From a virus: a stretch of 64,000 bases of DNA. Numbering within the stretch: the first letter of the stretch is position 1; the number at the start of each line of letters is the position of its first letter. The stretch covers positions 1 to 64,000 of IMG/VR virus record IMGVR_UViG_3300048790_000078. The stretch is one strand, 5' to 3'. Under the pieces are notes generated by a model that was not told where the DNA came from, made no database searches, and saw only the letters and a list, made by a program, of their open reading frames with translations. The translations under genes and the position numbers were made by a program. Positions 43,475-52,576 of this stretch are shown piece by piece.

Positions 43475-43981
43475 ATGTCGCACACCGTCAAAATCGCAAT
43501 CGAGTTTCAGAACCGCACGGCGCTTTCCGCAGCCGTAGAAGCCATCGGGGGCACCGTCAGGGGCGAGGGCACTCACTACCTGTTCGCTGGGCAGGAGCAA
43601 GGCTTCTGCTTCGAGCTGCCAGGCTGGCGCTACCCGCTGGTACTCCGCAGCGACAACACGCTGGCCTTCGATGACTATCACGGCTCCTGGGGCAACGTGA
43701 AGGACATCGACAAGCTGAAGGGCGCCTATGCCATCGAAGCCGCGCATCAGGCGGCATCGGAGCAAGGCTGGATCTCGGAGCGGCAGGCGGACGGCACTCT
43801 GCTGATCTATCACCCGTCCGGCGGGACGTTCACCGTAACGAACGAGGGCGTGATGGACGCAACCGGGTTTGTCGGGACCAGTTGCGACGTGGCCGCCGTC
43901 ATCGAAGCTGCACTCGGTCCTGTGTCCGAACGGCAGAACAAAGCGGATTACTACGTGGAGTCGGTTCACATTCGAGAATAG
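43475..43981 (+). CDS. DUF1257 (Ycf35)-like domain fused to DUF2997-like domain
   Basis: MSH........AL..A...IG N-terminus; GF.G..C......E.ALG......K.DYY C-terminus. Confidence 0.65.
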   Translation: MSHTVKIAIEFQNRTALSAAVEAIGGTVRGEGTHYLFAGQEQGFCFELPGWRYPLVLRSDNTLAFDDYHGSWGNVKDIDKLKGAYAIEAAHQAASEQGWISERQADGTLLIYHPSGGTFTVTNEGVMDATGFVGTSCDVAAVIEAALGPVSERQNKADYYVESVHIRE

Positions 43982-44010
43982 AGCGCTTCCCCTTTCCGAA
44001 GGGGCCTGAA

Positions 44011-44052
44011 TGGCTCTGGCTCTGGCTCTGGCTATGGCTATGGCGATGGCTA
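44011..44052 (+). repeat. Hexamer tandem repeat (TGGCTN) x7
   Basis: tggctc x3, tggcta x2, tggcga, tggcta. Confidence 0.85.
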
Positions 44053-44240
44053 AAAACTTCCAGCCGGGGGATTCCCGGCATCCTAACGCGCTTCAGGCAA
44101 CGGCAGAGGCCCGCGCCATTGACGAACTCGACCACGTACTTTCGCTGCGGTTGGCCGGTGGCAGCTACAAGGCCATCGCCGAAGCGACCGGCTGGAGCGT
44201 TGCGAAAGTCCGGAAGGTATGCAAACAGGAGGACTGTTAA
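44046..44240 (+). CDS. Small HTH protein
   Basis: LRLAG.SY.AIAEATGWS..KVRK. Confidence 0.65.
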   Translation: MAKNFQPGDSRHPNALQATAEARAIDELDHVLSLRLAGGSYKAIAEATGWSVAKVRKVCKQEDC

Positions 44241-44506
44241 TGCCGAAATCGAAACCGAAGGGACGCCGAGTTACATCGCTCCAGCGTGCTCAGGACTTGC
44301 GGATGTTCCTCGCCGCGATTCAGGAAGCCGGTGACCGCTATGGCTTCCGCATCGAATCGGAGGACGTTGGCCGCAATCTGGCCATCTTCGACGAACGCGA
44401 GGAGCGGCCGGCAACCTGGCCCGTGGTGGCCTTCGCCGAAAGCATCGGCGCAAAGGTCAAAGGGCTGAACATGCAGTCCATCATGCCAACGACCATGGAG
44501 GAGTGA
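44240..44506 (+). CDS. Hypothetical protein
   Basis: RBS AGGAGG; TAATG coupling. Confidence 0.5.
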   Translation: MPKSKPKGRRVTSLQRAQDLRMFLAAIQEAGDRYGFRIESEDVGRNLAIFDEREERPATWPVVAFAESIGAKVKGLNMQSIMPTTMEE

Positions 44507-44513
44507 AAGCCCG

Positions 44514-45062
44514 ATGGAAACGACTCTGTACTACAGGGACGAAGAGAACAATTCCGACAAGTTCTACCGTGCCCGTCTCGATTTGATAGCCGCGACCGTC
44601 ACTTTCACTTGGGGGCGGCGCGGCACGGTCGGACAATCGAAAACGGAGACGTTCGGTGGGGCCGCATGGAGGGCGGAGGAAGCCTACCGTTCAAAGCTGG
44701 CAGAGAAGCGGGCGAAGGGCTACCAGGAAGACTACCGCGACGTTTCCGGTGCCCGGCGGTGCTGCATCACCGGCTGCACCGTAACGGCTGAATCTCCAAG
44801 CGCCTATTGCAGCCGTCATCGTTCCGCTGCCGGGATTTCTCCGCCCAATCCAGTACCTTTTCATCGCCCGACTGGATCCCCGCCGCCGTCATTCGATCCG
44901 CCTCAGGTCCGCTCCAATTACCGCGTTCCTGCTCGGCCACTGCAACGAACGGCAGTTCCTGAACCACCCACTCCCGAACCCGCGCCGATCATGCTGTTTG
45001 GCGGTCGGCGCATCATCAAAGCAAACAGGTCACTGCAAAAGAAAGAGGACACGAACCCATGA
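44514..45062 (+). CDS. WGR domain protein with Pro-rich tail
   Basis: SDKFY........V.F.WGRRGT.GQ........K..EK.AKGY. Confidence 0.85.
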   Translation: METTLYYRDEENNSDKFYRARLDLIAATVTFTWGRRGTVGQSKTETFGGAAWRAEEAYRSKLAEKRAKGYQEDYRDVSGARRCCITGCTVTAESPSAYCSRHRSAAGISPPNPVPFHRPTGSPPPSFDPPQVRSNYRVPARPLQRTAVPEPPTPEPAPIMLFGGRRIIKANRSLQKKEDTNP

Positions 45063-46357
45063 CAACCACGACACCGATCAAATTCCTCCGCCTTGAAGCC
45101 TTCAGCGCTTCGGGAAGCAAGTTCTACTCCATCGAAATCAACGAAGACCCGGACTGGGTCGAGAAGACAGGCATCGCCACTCAGCGATTCACCGTGGACT
45201 TCAGCTACGGCGCAGTCGGCGGCTCGATCAAGAGCGGCACGAAGACTCCTAGGCCGGTCGCTCTCGACAAGGCCGAAGCCATCATGGACAAGCTGCGGAT
45301 GGAGAAGCAGAACGGCGAGAGCCACTATCATTTCGTCGAAGAGCGCAACGCTGGAGTTCCGGCCTTCGCTCATCCCAGCCTCGACTGCCCGCCGGCCGCC
45401 GCATCGCGCTTCCCCGATTTGGCTGAACGCAAGTATGCCAACTACCAGATGAACAAAGCCGCGTTCGGTGCGATAGGGATTGACGCTCCGCCGAAACCGC
45501 TTCCGGCCTGCATCCCGCCGCGACTGCTCAACGACGTAGACCACGACGCCATCCTGAACCTGACCAAGCTCGATAACTGGTGGGTCCAGATCAAGCACGA
45601 CGGAGACCGGGTGCAATTGCACTGGGACCACGAAACGCAGTCCATCGTCCTATACTCCGGCCGGTCGGCAAAGACCAGGGCATGCCCGGCGGCCATCGCG
45701 GAGGCCTGCGCTGGCATCACCGATGAATCCTTCGTCCTTGACGGCGAGCTCGTCGGCGAAACGCTCTGGGTCTTCGATCTCCTGAAGTCTCGCTCCAAGG
45801 TCCACACGTTCGACCTGATCGCGGCCGAGGCGTCGTACAAGGACCGCTACGCACTGCTCATCCGGTCACTGGCAAGCTGGTCCCGGCAATCTCCCCGCTT
45901 CGCTGCCGGTGCTATCCGGCTGGTGATCGCGGCGCAAACCTACGAAGAGAAGGCCGAACTAATCCTGAAGGCGAAAGAGGAGCACGCCGAAGGCGTCGTG
46001 TTCGTAAATAACCGGGCTCCATACCGCGCCGGGCGCCCGAACCGCGGCGGGGACAATCTCCGCTGGAAGTTCATCGCATCCGGCTCTTTCATCGTCCACT
46101 CGCACAACATGGACAAGGGGAAGATGTCGATCGACGTCGCGCTCTATGACGGCACCGTAATCGGCACCTGTTCTGTGATCGGCAAGGAGGTTCCTGCAAT
46201 CGGTGCGATCTGCGAAATCGCCTACCTTTACTGCCTTGAAAAGCTGGTGCAGGCCCGGCTGAAAGGCGTCCGCACCGACGTTCCACGCATCGCCTGTAAC
46301 CGCCGCCAGTTGAAGTTTCGGGACGGGATCGACCCGTCGAAAGGACGTGCGCGATGA
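45059..46357 (+). CDS. WGR-fused ATP-dependent DNA ligase
   Basis: N-terminal WGR-like domain; ligase motifs KHDGDR, LDGEL, FDLL, EGVV, WK; OB-fold C-terminus. Confidence 0.85.
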   Translation: MTTTTPIKFLRLEAFSASGSKFYSIEINEDPDWVEKTGIATQRFTVDFSYGAVGGSIKSGTKTPRPVALDKAEAIMDKLRMEKQNGESHYHFVEERNAGVPAFAHPSLDCPPAAASRFPDLAERKYANYQMNKAAFGAIGIDAPPKPLPACIPPRLLNDVDHDAILNLTKLDNWWVQIKHDGDRVQLHWDHETQSIVLYSGRSAKTRACPAAIAEACAGITDESFVLDGELVGETLWVFDLLKSRSKVHTFDLIAAEASYKDRYALLIRSLASWSRQSPRFAAGAIRLVIAAQTYEEKAELILKAKEEHAEGVVFVNNRAPYRAGRPNRGGDNLRWKFIASGSFIVHSHNMDKGKMSIDVALYDGTVIGTCSVIGKEVPAIGAICEIAYLYCLEKLVQARLKGVRTDVPRIACNRRQLKFRDGIDPSKGRAR

Positions 46358-46848
46358 AGATGCTCTTGAAGTGCGTCTGCAGCAACGAATTCAGCGATGG
46401 ATACGACTACGCCGTCGTGGACCTCGACCCGGACCTGGCCAACCTGCTCCTGCAACGGATCGAGATGTTCCAGATGCTGACCGCTCACCCGGCGTTCTTT
46501 ATCTCGTCGCCGGCTGCCGCCAATTCTCTGTATGAGATGCGCTTCCATGACTGCTCGGTCCAGTACCTCAACGATGAATGCACGATGACCGACGATGATT
46601 CGCCAACGGTCGATGATATCGATTTCGGCGAAAAGGAATTCACTCAACTGCCGGACGGCTTCGAGATCCGCGAGGACTGGCACGCCCGCTCCGAAGGTGA
46701 CTACATGGTCATCCGCAATCAGGGTGTGACCGAACCACGCTTTGAAGTCTGCTGGGTCTGCCGCCCGAAACACACCTCGGACCATGTTGAGACGGCAGAT
46801 CTCGACCTGGAAACCATCAAGATCGCAGCGAAAGGACAGAACCTGTGA
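46354..46848 (+). CDS. Acidic hypothetical protein
   Basis: ATGA coupling; D/E-rich. Confidence 0.5.
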   Translation: MKMLLKCVCSNEFSDGYDYAVVDLDPDLANLLLQRIEMFQMLTAHPAFFISSPAAANSLYEMRFHDCSVQYLNDECTMTDDDSPTVDDIDFGEKEFTQLPDGFEIREDWHARSEGDYMVIRNQGVTEPRFEVCWVCRPKHTSDHVETADLDLETIKIAAKGQNL

Positions 46849-47468
46849 AATTCCAACTGACCGTCAACATCGATTCGGACCCGCTCAACCACGTCAACGA
46901 CGTGCTCGGGGCCATGCACGAGGTCTCCATGGATCTCGAAGACCTGCGCGGCGAACCTCTGCCGCCAACCGGCACGGTCAAGTATCCGCTCGGCAAGGAC
47001 CGCGCCACATGGACGTTCCGGGCGCCGCTGGCCGCTGGGTCGTCCTTCCCGCTTGACCAGCAGGCCATCTTCACCGCCAACGCCATGGACAACATGGCGA
47101 CCGCACTTCGCGAACATGCCAACGACTTGCGGGCTAGTTCTCCTGGTGAGCCGAACTTCACGGCGCGGGAAGCCTGTACGGTCCTCGCGGCACTGCGCTG
47201 CTTTCAGGAGATCGTTGCTGCGGCGAAGCCTGGCTTCAACAAAGACGTGATCTTCAATGCGTCGGCCGTCATCGCCATGGAGCACTTTGAAGACGCCGAA
47301 CCTCTGACGCTCGACGAAATCGATTCGCTCTGCGAACGCATCAACGTGGAGTGGACAAGCCCGTTCGACCGCATCCGCCGATGCCTTAAATGCAATGAGA
47401 CCTACCTGCTGCCGACCGATGGCGATCCTCACCGATGCCCGAAAGAGGACGCCGATGCCACGGTATAG
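46845..47468 (+). CDS. Hypothetical protein
   Basis: TVLAALR..Q..HF....PL...EID.LCE.IN motif. Confidence 0.55.
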   Translation: MKFQLTVNIDSDPLNHVNDVLGAMHEVSMDLEDLRGEPLPPTGTVKYPLGKDRATWTFRAPLAAGSSFPLDQQAIFTANAMDNMATALREHANDLRASSPGEPNFTAREACTVLAALRCFQEIVAAAKPGFNKDVIFNASAVIAMEHFEDAEPLTLDEIDSLCERINVEWTSPFDRIRRCLKCNETYLLPTDGDPHRCPKEDADATV

Positions 47469-47710
47469 ACTCCTCTGGGAGATCGACATCGAAGCTGGCA
47501 CGCCGGAGCAAGCTGCTCGCCAGGCTCTGGCCATACAGCGCGATCCGCAATCGACGGCCACGGCGTTCACGGTCCGCATGGTCGGGCCTTGCCCAAGCTG
47601 CCATGCCATGGCTGTTCACAAAGCTAAATGCAACACGCTGGCGAAGCTGTTCGGCTCGGGAACCGATAACGAACTGGAGCTTGCACCATCGATTCCTGTG
47701 GAGGTTGCCG

Positions 47711-47932
47711 ATGCCAAAGCGTGACCACACCCCGCACATCAACGGAGACCGAGCCCGCTGCGCCTGCACAAAGTGGCAAGGGCTGTTCCGCGGGCCGGAT
47801 GAAGCTGCTGGCGTTTTCACCCTGCGCGCGTCCGATGCTCACCGGGAGCACGTCGAGCGCGCCCGCCAGATGGTCGAGCAAACGGAACTATTCGGCCAGC
47901 AACCGGACCTGTTCGGCCAGGAGGCTGCATGA
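47711..47932 (+). CDS. Small Cys/His protein with tandem QxxLF motifs
   Basis: CAC.KW...H..HV; QTELF and QPDLF. Confidence 0.45.
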   Translation: MPKRDHTPHINGDRARCACTKWQGLFRGPDEAAGVFTLRASDAHREHVERARQMVEQTELFGQQPDLFGQEAA

Positions 47933-48168
47933 AAATGACACGTCGAAACCAGGCCCGGTTCGTCCGGGAGCTATGCGACAGTATTCGCCATAGCGTCATC
48001 GAACTGATCGGATCCGGCGCGATTCCCGACACATGGAATGGCGCTGAACTTCGGGTTCTGCTCGCCGGTAAGTTCGCGGAATCGGCCAGTATGGTTCCCG
48101 ATCTGCTCGACAAGCGCACTGCGCGCCGCCGGCAGTTCGACAACGATGTTCTCACGAGGAACCTATGA
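47929..48168 (+). CDS. Hypothetical protein
   Basis: IP.TW.G.ELR motif; coupled. Confidence 0.5.
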   Translation: MKMTRRNQARFVRELCDSIRHSVIELIGSGAIPDTWNGAELRVLLAGKFAESASMVPDLLDKRTARRRQFDNDVLTRNL

Positions 48169-48467
48169 CGGACCTGCAACCCGAAGCGATTCGTGGTGGC
48201 ACAACACCGGAAGACCTGCTCGTGCAGGCCTGCGCTGCCCAGCACTACTTCTGGGATCTGCTCGGGGCACTCGAAGACGCCTTGGGCGGAATTGAGATTT
48301 CTGCCGATCAGGATCTCGACAACGTGACCATCGAAAGCCTTATCGCAGCGGCGGACGATGACGAAGAGGATGACGAACCTGCCGAAGAGTTCTGCGAGTG
48401 CGGACGTGCTCCGGCAGACTGCACCTATACTCTCGACAACCTGGTCCATGGAGACAGAACGGAATGA
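48165..48467 (+). CDS. Acidic hypothetical protein
   Basis: Very D/E-rich; coupled. Confidence 0.45.
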   Translation: MTDLQPEAIRGGTTPEDLLVQACAAQHYFWDLLGALEDALGGIEISADQDLDNVTIESLIAAADDDEEDDEPAEEFCECGRAPADCTYTLDNLVHGDRTE

Positions 48468-48650
48468 CGCCCCGCGAGGCTCTCCATGCGGCACTGAAGC
48501 GCGGCGGCAATGCCGACATCCTGGCTGCTGCCGCATACCACCTCGCAGTGGTCGACAAGCCCGGATTCGCAGAGCACGCCCGCAGCGTAGTTGGTTCCTC
48601 GGCCGCACAGTGGACGTTCGGCCTGTTCGTTCTGAAAGAAGAGGAGACAA

Positions 48651-49442
48651 ATGCAACAGCAGCTTGTTGACAAGTACGCTCCGCGCCGTATCGGAGACTT
48701 CGTTGGGCTTGCAGCGCCGAAGGCGATGTTCTCGCGTCTGGTGGCCGATCCATACCAGTCATCCTGGTTGAGCCTGGGAAATCCTGGGGTCGGCAAAACG
48801 GCCATGTCATTCGCGGCGGCGCACGCGATGAAAGCGGCCATCCACCACGTCCCCGCCCGCCAGTGCGATCTCGAAGAGGTGGACCGCATCTGCCGGATGT
48901 GCGCGGGCTATCCCATGATCGGCGAACGCTGGGTCGTAATTATCGACGAAGCGGACGTGATCACCGGGCCGGCGCAACTCGCCCTGCTCTCCGTCCTCGA
49001 CGGCACGGCTGGCCTGAAGGACGTCGTCTTTCTCATGACTGCCAACTCGACGAAGCTCCTCCATGACCGCTTCCTTAGCCGAGTGCGGACACTCCACTTC
49101 AACGCGCCGTCAGACGATGAGGTCGCGGAGTTCCTTCAGCGGGTCTTCAAGGCGGAACGCGGCAAGGGCAGACCGGACTTCACCGCGATCGCCGCGGCCG
49201 CCCGGGGGAATGTCCGATCAGCGTTAATGACACTCGAAACTGAGCTTCTGGTTCCGGGCTCTTTCGTCCCACTTCCACCCGCACCTATCCCGATGGTTTC
49301 CGCGACTACATCCGCCGCCGGATCATCCAATAACCATGCGCAACCCAGTGAAATCACAGAGTTACAGCAGCGGCGCTCAGACGCAGCCAAAAGAGCATGG
49401 GCGAGCAGTCCGAAGCTGCAAGCGTTAAGAAAGCGAGCGTAA
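48651..49442 (+). CDS. Clamp-loader-clade AAA+ ATPase (DnaX/RFC/RarA-like)
   Basis: L.DKY.P....DFVG, GNPGVGKT, IIDEAD, SR, GNVR.AL. Confidence 0.8.
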   Translation: MQQQLVDKYAPRRIGDFVGLAAPKAMFSRLVADPYQSSWLSLGNPGVGKTAMSFAAAHAMKAAIHHVPARQCDLEEVDRICRMCAGYPMIGERWVVIIDEADVITGPAQLALLSVLDGTAGLKDVVFLMTANSTKLLHDRFLSRVRTLHFNAPSDDEVAEFLQRVFKAERGKGRPDFTAIAAAARGNVRSALMTLETELLVPGSFVPLPPAPIPMVSATTSAAGSSNNHAQPSEITELQQRRSDAAKRAWASSPKLQALRKRA

Positions 49443-49488
49443 AATCCAGAAATTCCCCGCCGAAATTGATACAATGGCCCAATACACA

Positions 49489-50049
49489 ATGAGGGTCATA
49501 AAACGCAACGAAGAATTTGTATACCAGGCCGTCATCAACGGAGACCTGGAGATCCGCGAAGACGGGACGATTTGGAGACTGAGAAAACGCAGCGGGCAGA
49601 AAACCGGCGGCGCTGTCAGTTATCCATGTAAGCCTGTACGTGCGGAAAGACCATTCGGGCCATACCTCCAGGTGCGCGCCATGATCGACGGCAAGCGCCT
49701 AAGCGCACTCGCTCACAGACTGGTTTACAAGCATTTCAAAGGACCGATACCTGAAGGCCTCACAATCAACCATGAGGACGGAAAGAAGCGCAATAACAGG
49801 CCGGATAACTTAGAAAAGGCAACAGATTCAGAGCAACAGATTCACGCCACTAGGGTATTAAAAGTAAGCCACGCCGCTCACCAAGACGGTCCTCAAAATT
49901 ACATGTGCAAACTCACAACTGCACAAGTGGAAGAAATCAAACGCCGCCGCCTTGGCGGAGAAAAACTTAACTCTATTGCTGCGGACTTCGATGTCCGCTT
50001 CCAGCAAATCTCAAGAATCGCGCGCGGAGACAGGCGCGCTAAAGCATAA
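49489..50049 (+). CDS. HNH homing endonuclease with C-terminal HTH
   Basis: AHRLVY..F.G.IP.GL.INH.DG.K.NN..DNLE; KLT..QV.EI; lower GC. Confidence 0.85.
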   Translation: MRVIKRNEEFVYQAVINGDLEIREDGTIWRLRKRSGQKTGGAVSYPCKPVRAERPFGPYLQVRAMIDGKRLSALAHRLVYKHFKGPIPEGLTINHEDGKKRNNRPDNLEKATDSEQQIHATRVLKVSHAAHQDGPQNYMCKLTTAQVEEIKRRRLGGEKLNSIAADFDVRFQQISRIARGDRRAKA

Positions 50050-50063
50050 ACAGGAGAACATCA

Positions 50064-51038
50064 TTGCCGAACAAAACAATCATCGCGTGGGCCTCGTATA
50101 CCGTGAATCCATCTCACGGATGTTCAAAGCCTGCCGCCGCTCCACTCGAAGCTATCCTCGATCTTAACGCCTTCGATACGACCCTCAAAGACCGCCTTTA
50201 TCCGCACGGCATTCCGCTCAAATGGGGCAAGCCGGACACCAGCCTCGAATGTAGTAGATGTTATGCAGAATTACTCAGCAACCGCCGCGGCTGGACTCCG
50301 AAGCCATGGCTCGAAGCGAACGCCGAAGAGAACCTGACGCTCCGGCCTGAACGCTTTCGGGAGTTCACCAAGGTAAAGGTGAAGGACGTCACGCTTCCAC
50401 CATCGCAACGCGAGCGCTTCTTCGTGTGCAGCATGTCCGACGTGTTCCATAAACTCATCCCGGACGAACACATCCACCGCATGCTCGACGCCATGGCTGC
50501 CACACCGCACATCTACCAGGTGCTGACGAAGCGCCCTGAACGCGCCTACAACTTTCCGCACTCTTGGCCGGCAAACATCTGGCTCGGCACCACCTGCGGG
50601 CACCCGATCACGAAATGGCGTCTCGAATACCTTCGCCGCTCACTGGCGAAGACCCGCTTCGTGAGCATGGAGCCGCTTCTCGATTCCATGCTGCCTCTCG
50701 ACCTTACCGGAATCGACCAACTCATCATCGGCGGAGAATCCGGTGCCGGCTACCGCAAAATGGAAATGTCCTGGGCCCGCGAGATGCGCGATCTGTGCGC
50801 GGAGACTAAGACTGCGTACTTCTATAAACAGGACGCGGCCTTCGTTACGGAGCGCCGATGCTACCTCATGGAAACGGACGGGCGATGCCTCCAGTACCGG
50901 CAGTTCCCCGGCGAGCTCACCGCTCCGGTAGAAGTTCAGCCAGACAATGCTGCCTACCATCGCACTCTGTTTCCGAACTGGAGACCAGGCGCCGCGCCCG
51001 CCGCGCAGCCGGCGGATCTCTTCCCGGTGCTGCCATGA
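50064..51038 (+). CDS. DUF5131 (phage Gp37/Gp68) family protein
   Basis: NP.HGC.K-[insert]-S.EC..CYAE; FVCSMSD.FH; LTKRP; EPLL; IIGGESG; KQ. Confidence 0.85.
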   Translation: MPNKTIIAWASYTVNPSHGCSKPAAAPLEAILDLNAFDTTLKDRLYPHGIPLKWGKPDTSLECSRCYAELLSNRRGWTPKPWLEANAEENLTLRPERFREFTKVKVKDVTLPPSQRERFFVCSMSDVFHKLIPDEHIHRMLDAMAATPHIYQVLTKRPERAYNFPHSWPANIWLGTTCGHPITKWRLEYLRRSLAKTRFVSMEPLLDSMLPLDLTGIDQLIIGGESGAGYRKMEMSWAREMRDLCAETKTAYFYKQDAAFVTERRCYLMETDGRCLQYRQFPGELTAPVEVQPDNAAYHRTLFPNWRPGAAPAAQPADLFPVLP

Positions 51039-51147
51039 ACCGGGCCGAGCATCTTCAATGGGCGAAAGACCGCGCCCTTGCCTACCTCCCGCACGATCCG
51101 GCCAACGCCTGGGCGTCATTCGCTTCCGACATCGAACCGGACGAACC

Positions 51148-51459
51148 ATGAACGACGAAAGCGAAGTCTTCACCGAGCAACTGCAGGCCGCCCGGATCGC
51201 GCAGATGGCGGACTGGGTCCATGTTCTGCCGCGCGTCCCTGCCAGCGTCACAGGAATCGAAATGCTGGTCACCTACGATGACGCCGGGCAGATCAAAGTC
51301 AGCGTCGGCTTGGACCGGCGGGACGAATACCTGCACGCTGGCCTGCAAGACGAACCGGCGCCGCCGAAACCGCGAACGTACTGGATCGCCTCAGCGACCA
51401 TGCTGGGCGCTGTCGTTCTCGGCACCGTTATCGGATTCTGGCTGGAACAGGTTTTGTAA
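51148..51459 (+). CDS. Hypothetical protein with C-terminal TM helix
   Basis: WIASATMLGAVVLGTVIGFWL. Confidence 0.45.
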   Translation: MNDESEVFTEQLQAARIAQMADWVHVLPRVPASVTGIEMLVTYDDAGQIKVSVGLDRRDEYLHAGLQDEPAPPKPRTYWIASATMLGAVVLGTVIGFWLEQVL

Positions 51460-51460
51460 C

Positions 51461-52282
51461 ATGGCCAAATCCGTCCATCCACCCGCTCCGCTCACCAGCC
51501 TGGCAAAACTCATTGAGTCCGTCAGCTACCGGCGGCACAACCATGAAGTGTTTTCGGACTTCGTTGAGATGTCCGCGATCGCCATCAGCAATGCCGTGGA
51601 CCTCGGCCAGCGCGAGAAGCGCGAAGCCGACTACATGCGCATCGTCAAGAAGTACGAACCGCAGGAGATCGAGAAGTTTCCGGAGATGCTGGCCTCTCTG
51701 GTCACTGCGCTCGACGTTCACGAGGACGGCCTGTCGGACGTGCTCGGCAAGACCTATCACGATCTGGAGCTTCACAACAAATGGGTCGGGCAATACTTCA
51801 CCCCGTTAGAGATCTGCCGCATGATAGCGAAGATGACCATCGGCGACAACGGGCCCACGCTTCCCGAATGCGGTTACCTGACCGTCATGGAGCCAGCGGC
51901 GGGCAGCGGCGCCATGGTCCTTGCCTTCGCAGCGGAGATGAAGGCGGCGGGCCTCAACTACCAGACCCAGCTTCACGTCACCGCCGTCGACGTCGATCTG
52001 AAGTGCTGCGCAATGACCTATATTCAACTCTCTCTATTGCATATCCCGGCCGTGATCGTCCACGGCAATTCGCTCAGCCTGGAAGAATGGAGTCGGTGGT
52101 ACACGCCGGCTCACATCCTCAATCGGTGGGATTATAAGCTCCGCCGTAAGCGCGAGACTGACCCTCTAGCTACACTCCTGCCGAACGATGAAGGCATTGC
52201 GCCGAAATCGTTCAGCCTGCAGGAGGAACCGACAATCACGCTTCCCGTGGCTGACAAGCGCGGGCAGTTCTCACTGTTTTGA
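51461..52282 (+). CDS. N6-adenine DNA methylase-like protein (no NPPY motif seen)
   Basis: VF.DF.EM.A, DVLG..Y, GQYFTP, EPAAGSG.M, HGNSL. Confidence 0.75.
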   Translation: MAKSVHPPAPLTSLAKLIESVSYRRHNHEVFSDFVEMSAIAISNAVDLGQREKREADYMRIVKKYEPQEIEKFPEMLASLVTALDVHEDGLSDVLGKTYHDLELHNKWVGQYFTPLEICRMIAKMTIGDNGPTLPECGYLTVMEPAAGSGAMVLAFAAEMKAAGLNYQTQLHVTAVDVDLKCCAMTYIQLSLLHIPAVIVHGNSLSLEEWSRWYTPAHILNRWDYKLRRKRETDPLATLLPNDEGIAPKSFSLQEEPTITLPVADKRGQFSLF

Positions 52283-52292
52283 AAGGACCACC

Positions 52293-52576
52293 ATGAAACG
52301 CCTCGCCGTTCTCTTCTTCTGGCCGTCGCGCTGCTGCTGGCCGCCCCGCGCTATCGCCACACCTACCCGCGCAGCCGCGCTGTCACCCGCGAGTTCCAGC
52401 GTCTGAATCCGTGCCCGTCAACAGGCAAGAGGTACGGCGCATGCCCGGGCTATGTGAAAGACCACGTTCGCGCCCTGTGCAAAGGCGGATCCGATGCACC
52501 ATGGCAAATGCAGTGGCAGTCAGTCGAACAAGCCAAGATTAAGGACCGCTGGGAGCGGAGCATTTGCCGCCGATGA
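52293..52576 (+). CDS. Secreted HNH-like protein, frameshifted near 52318 (absent from the ORF track)
   Basis: MKRLAVLF leader, then in the next frame RSRAV.REFQ..NPCPSTG...GACPGYV.DH...L..GG.D....MQWQ....AK.KD..E. Confidence 0.65.
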
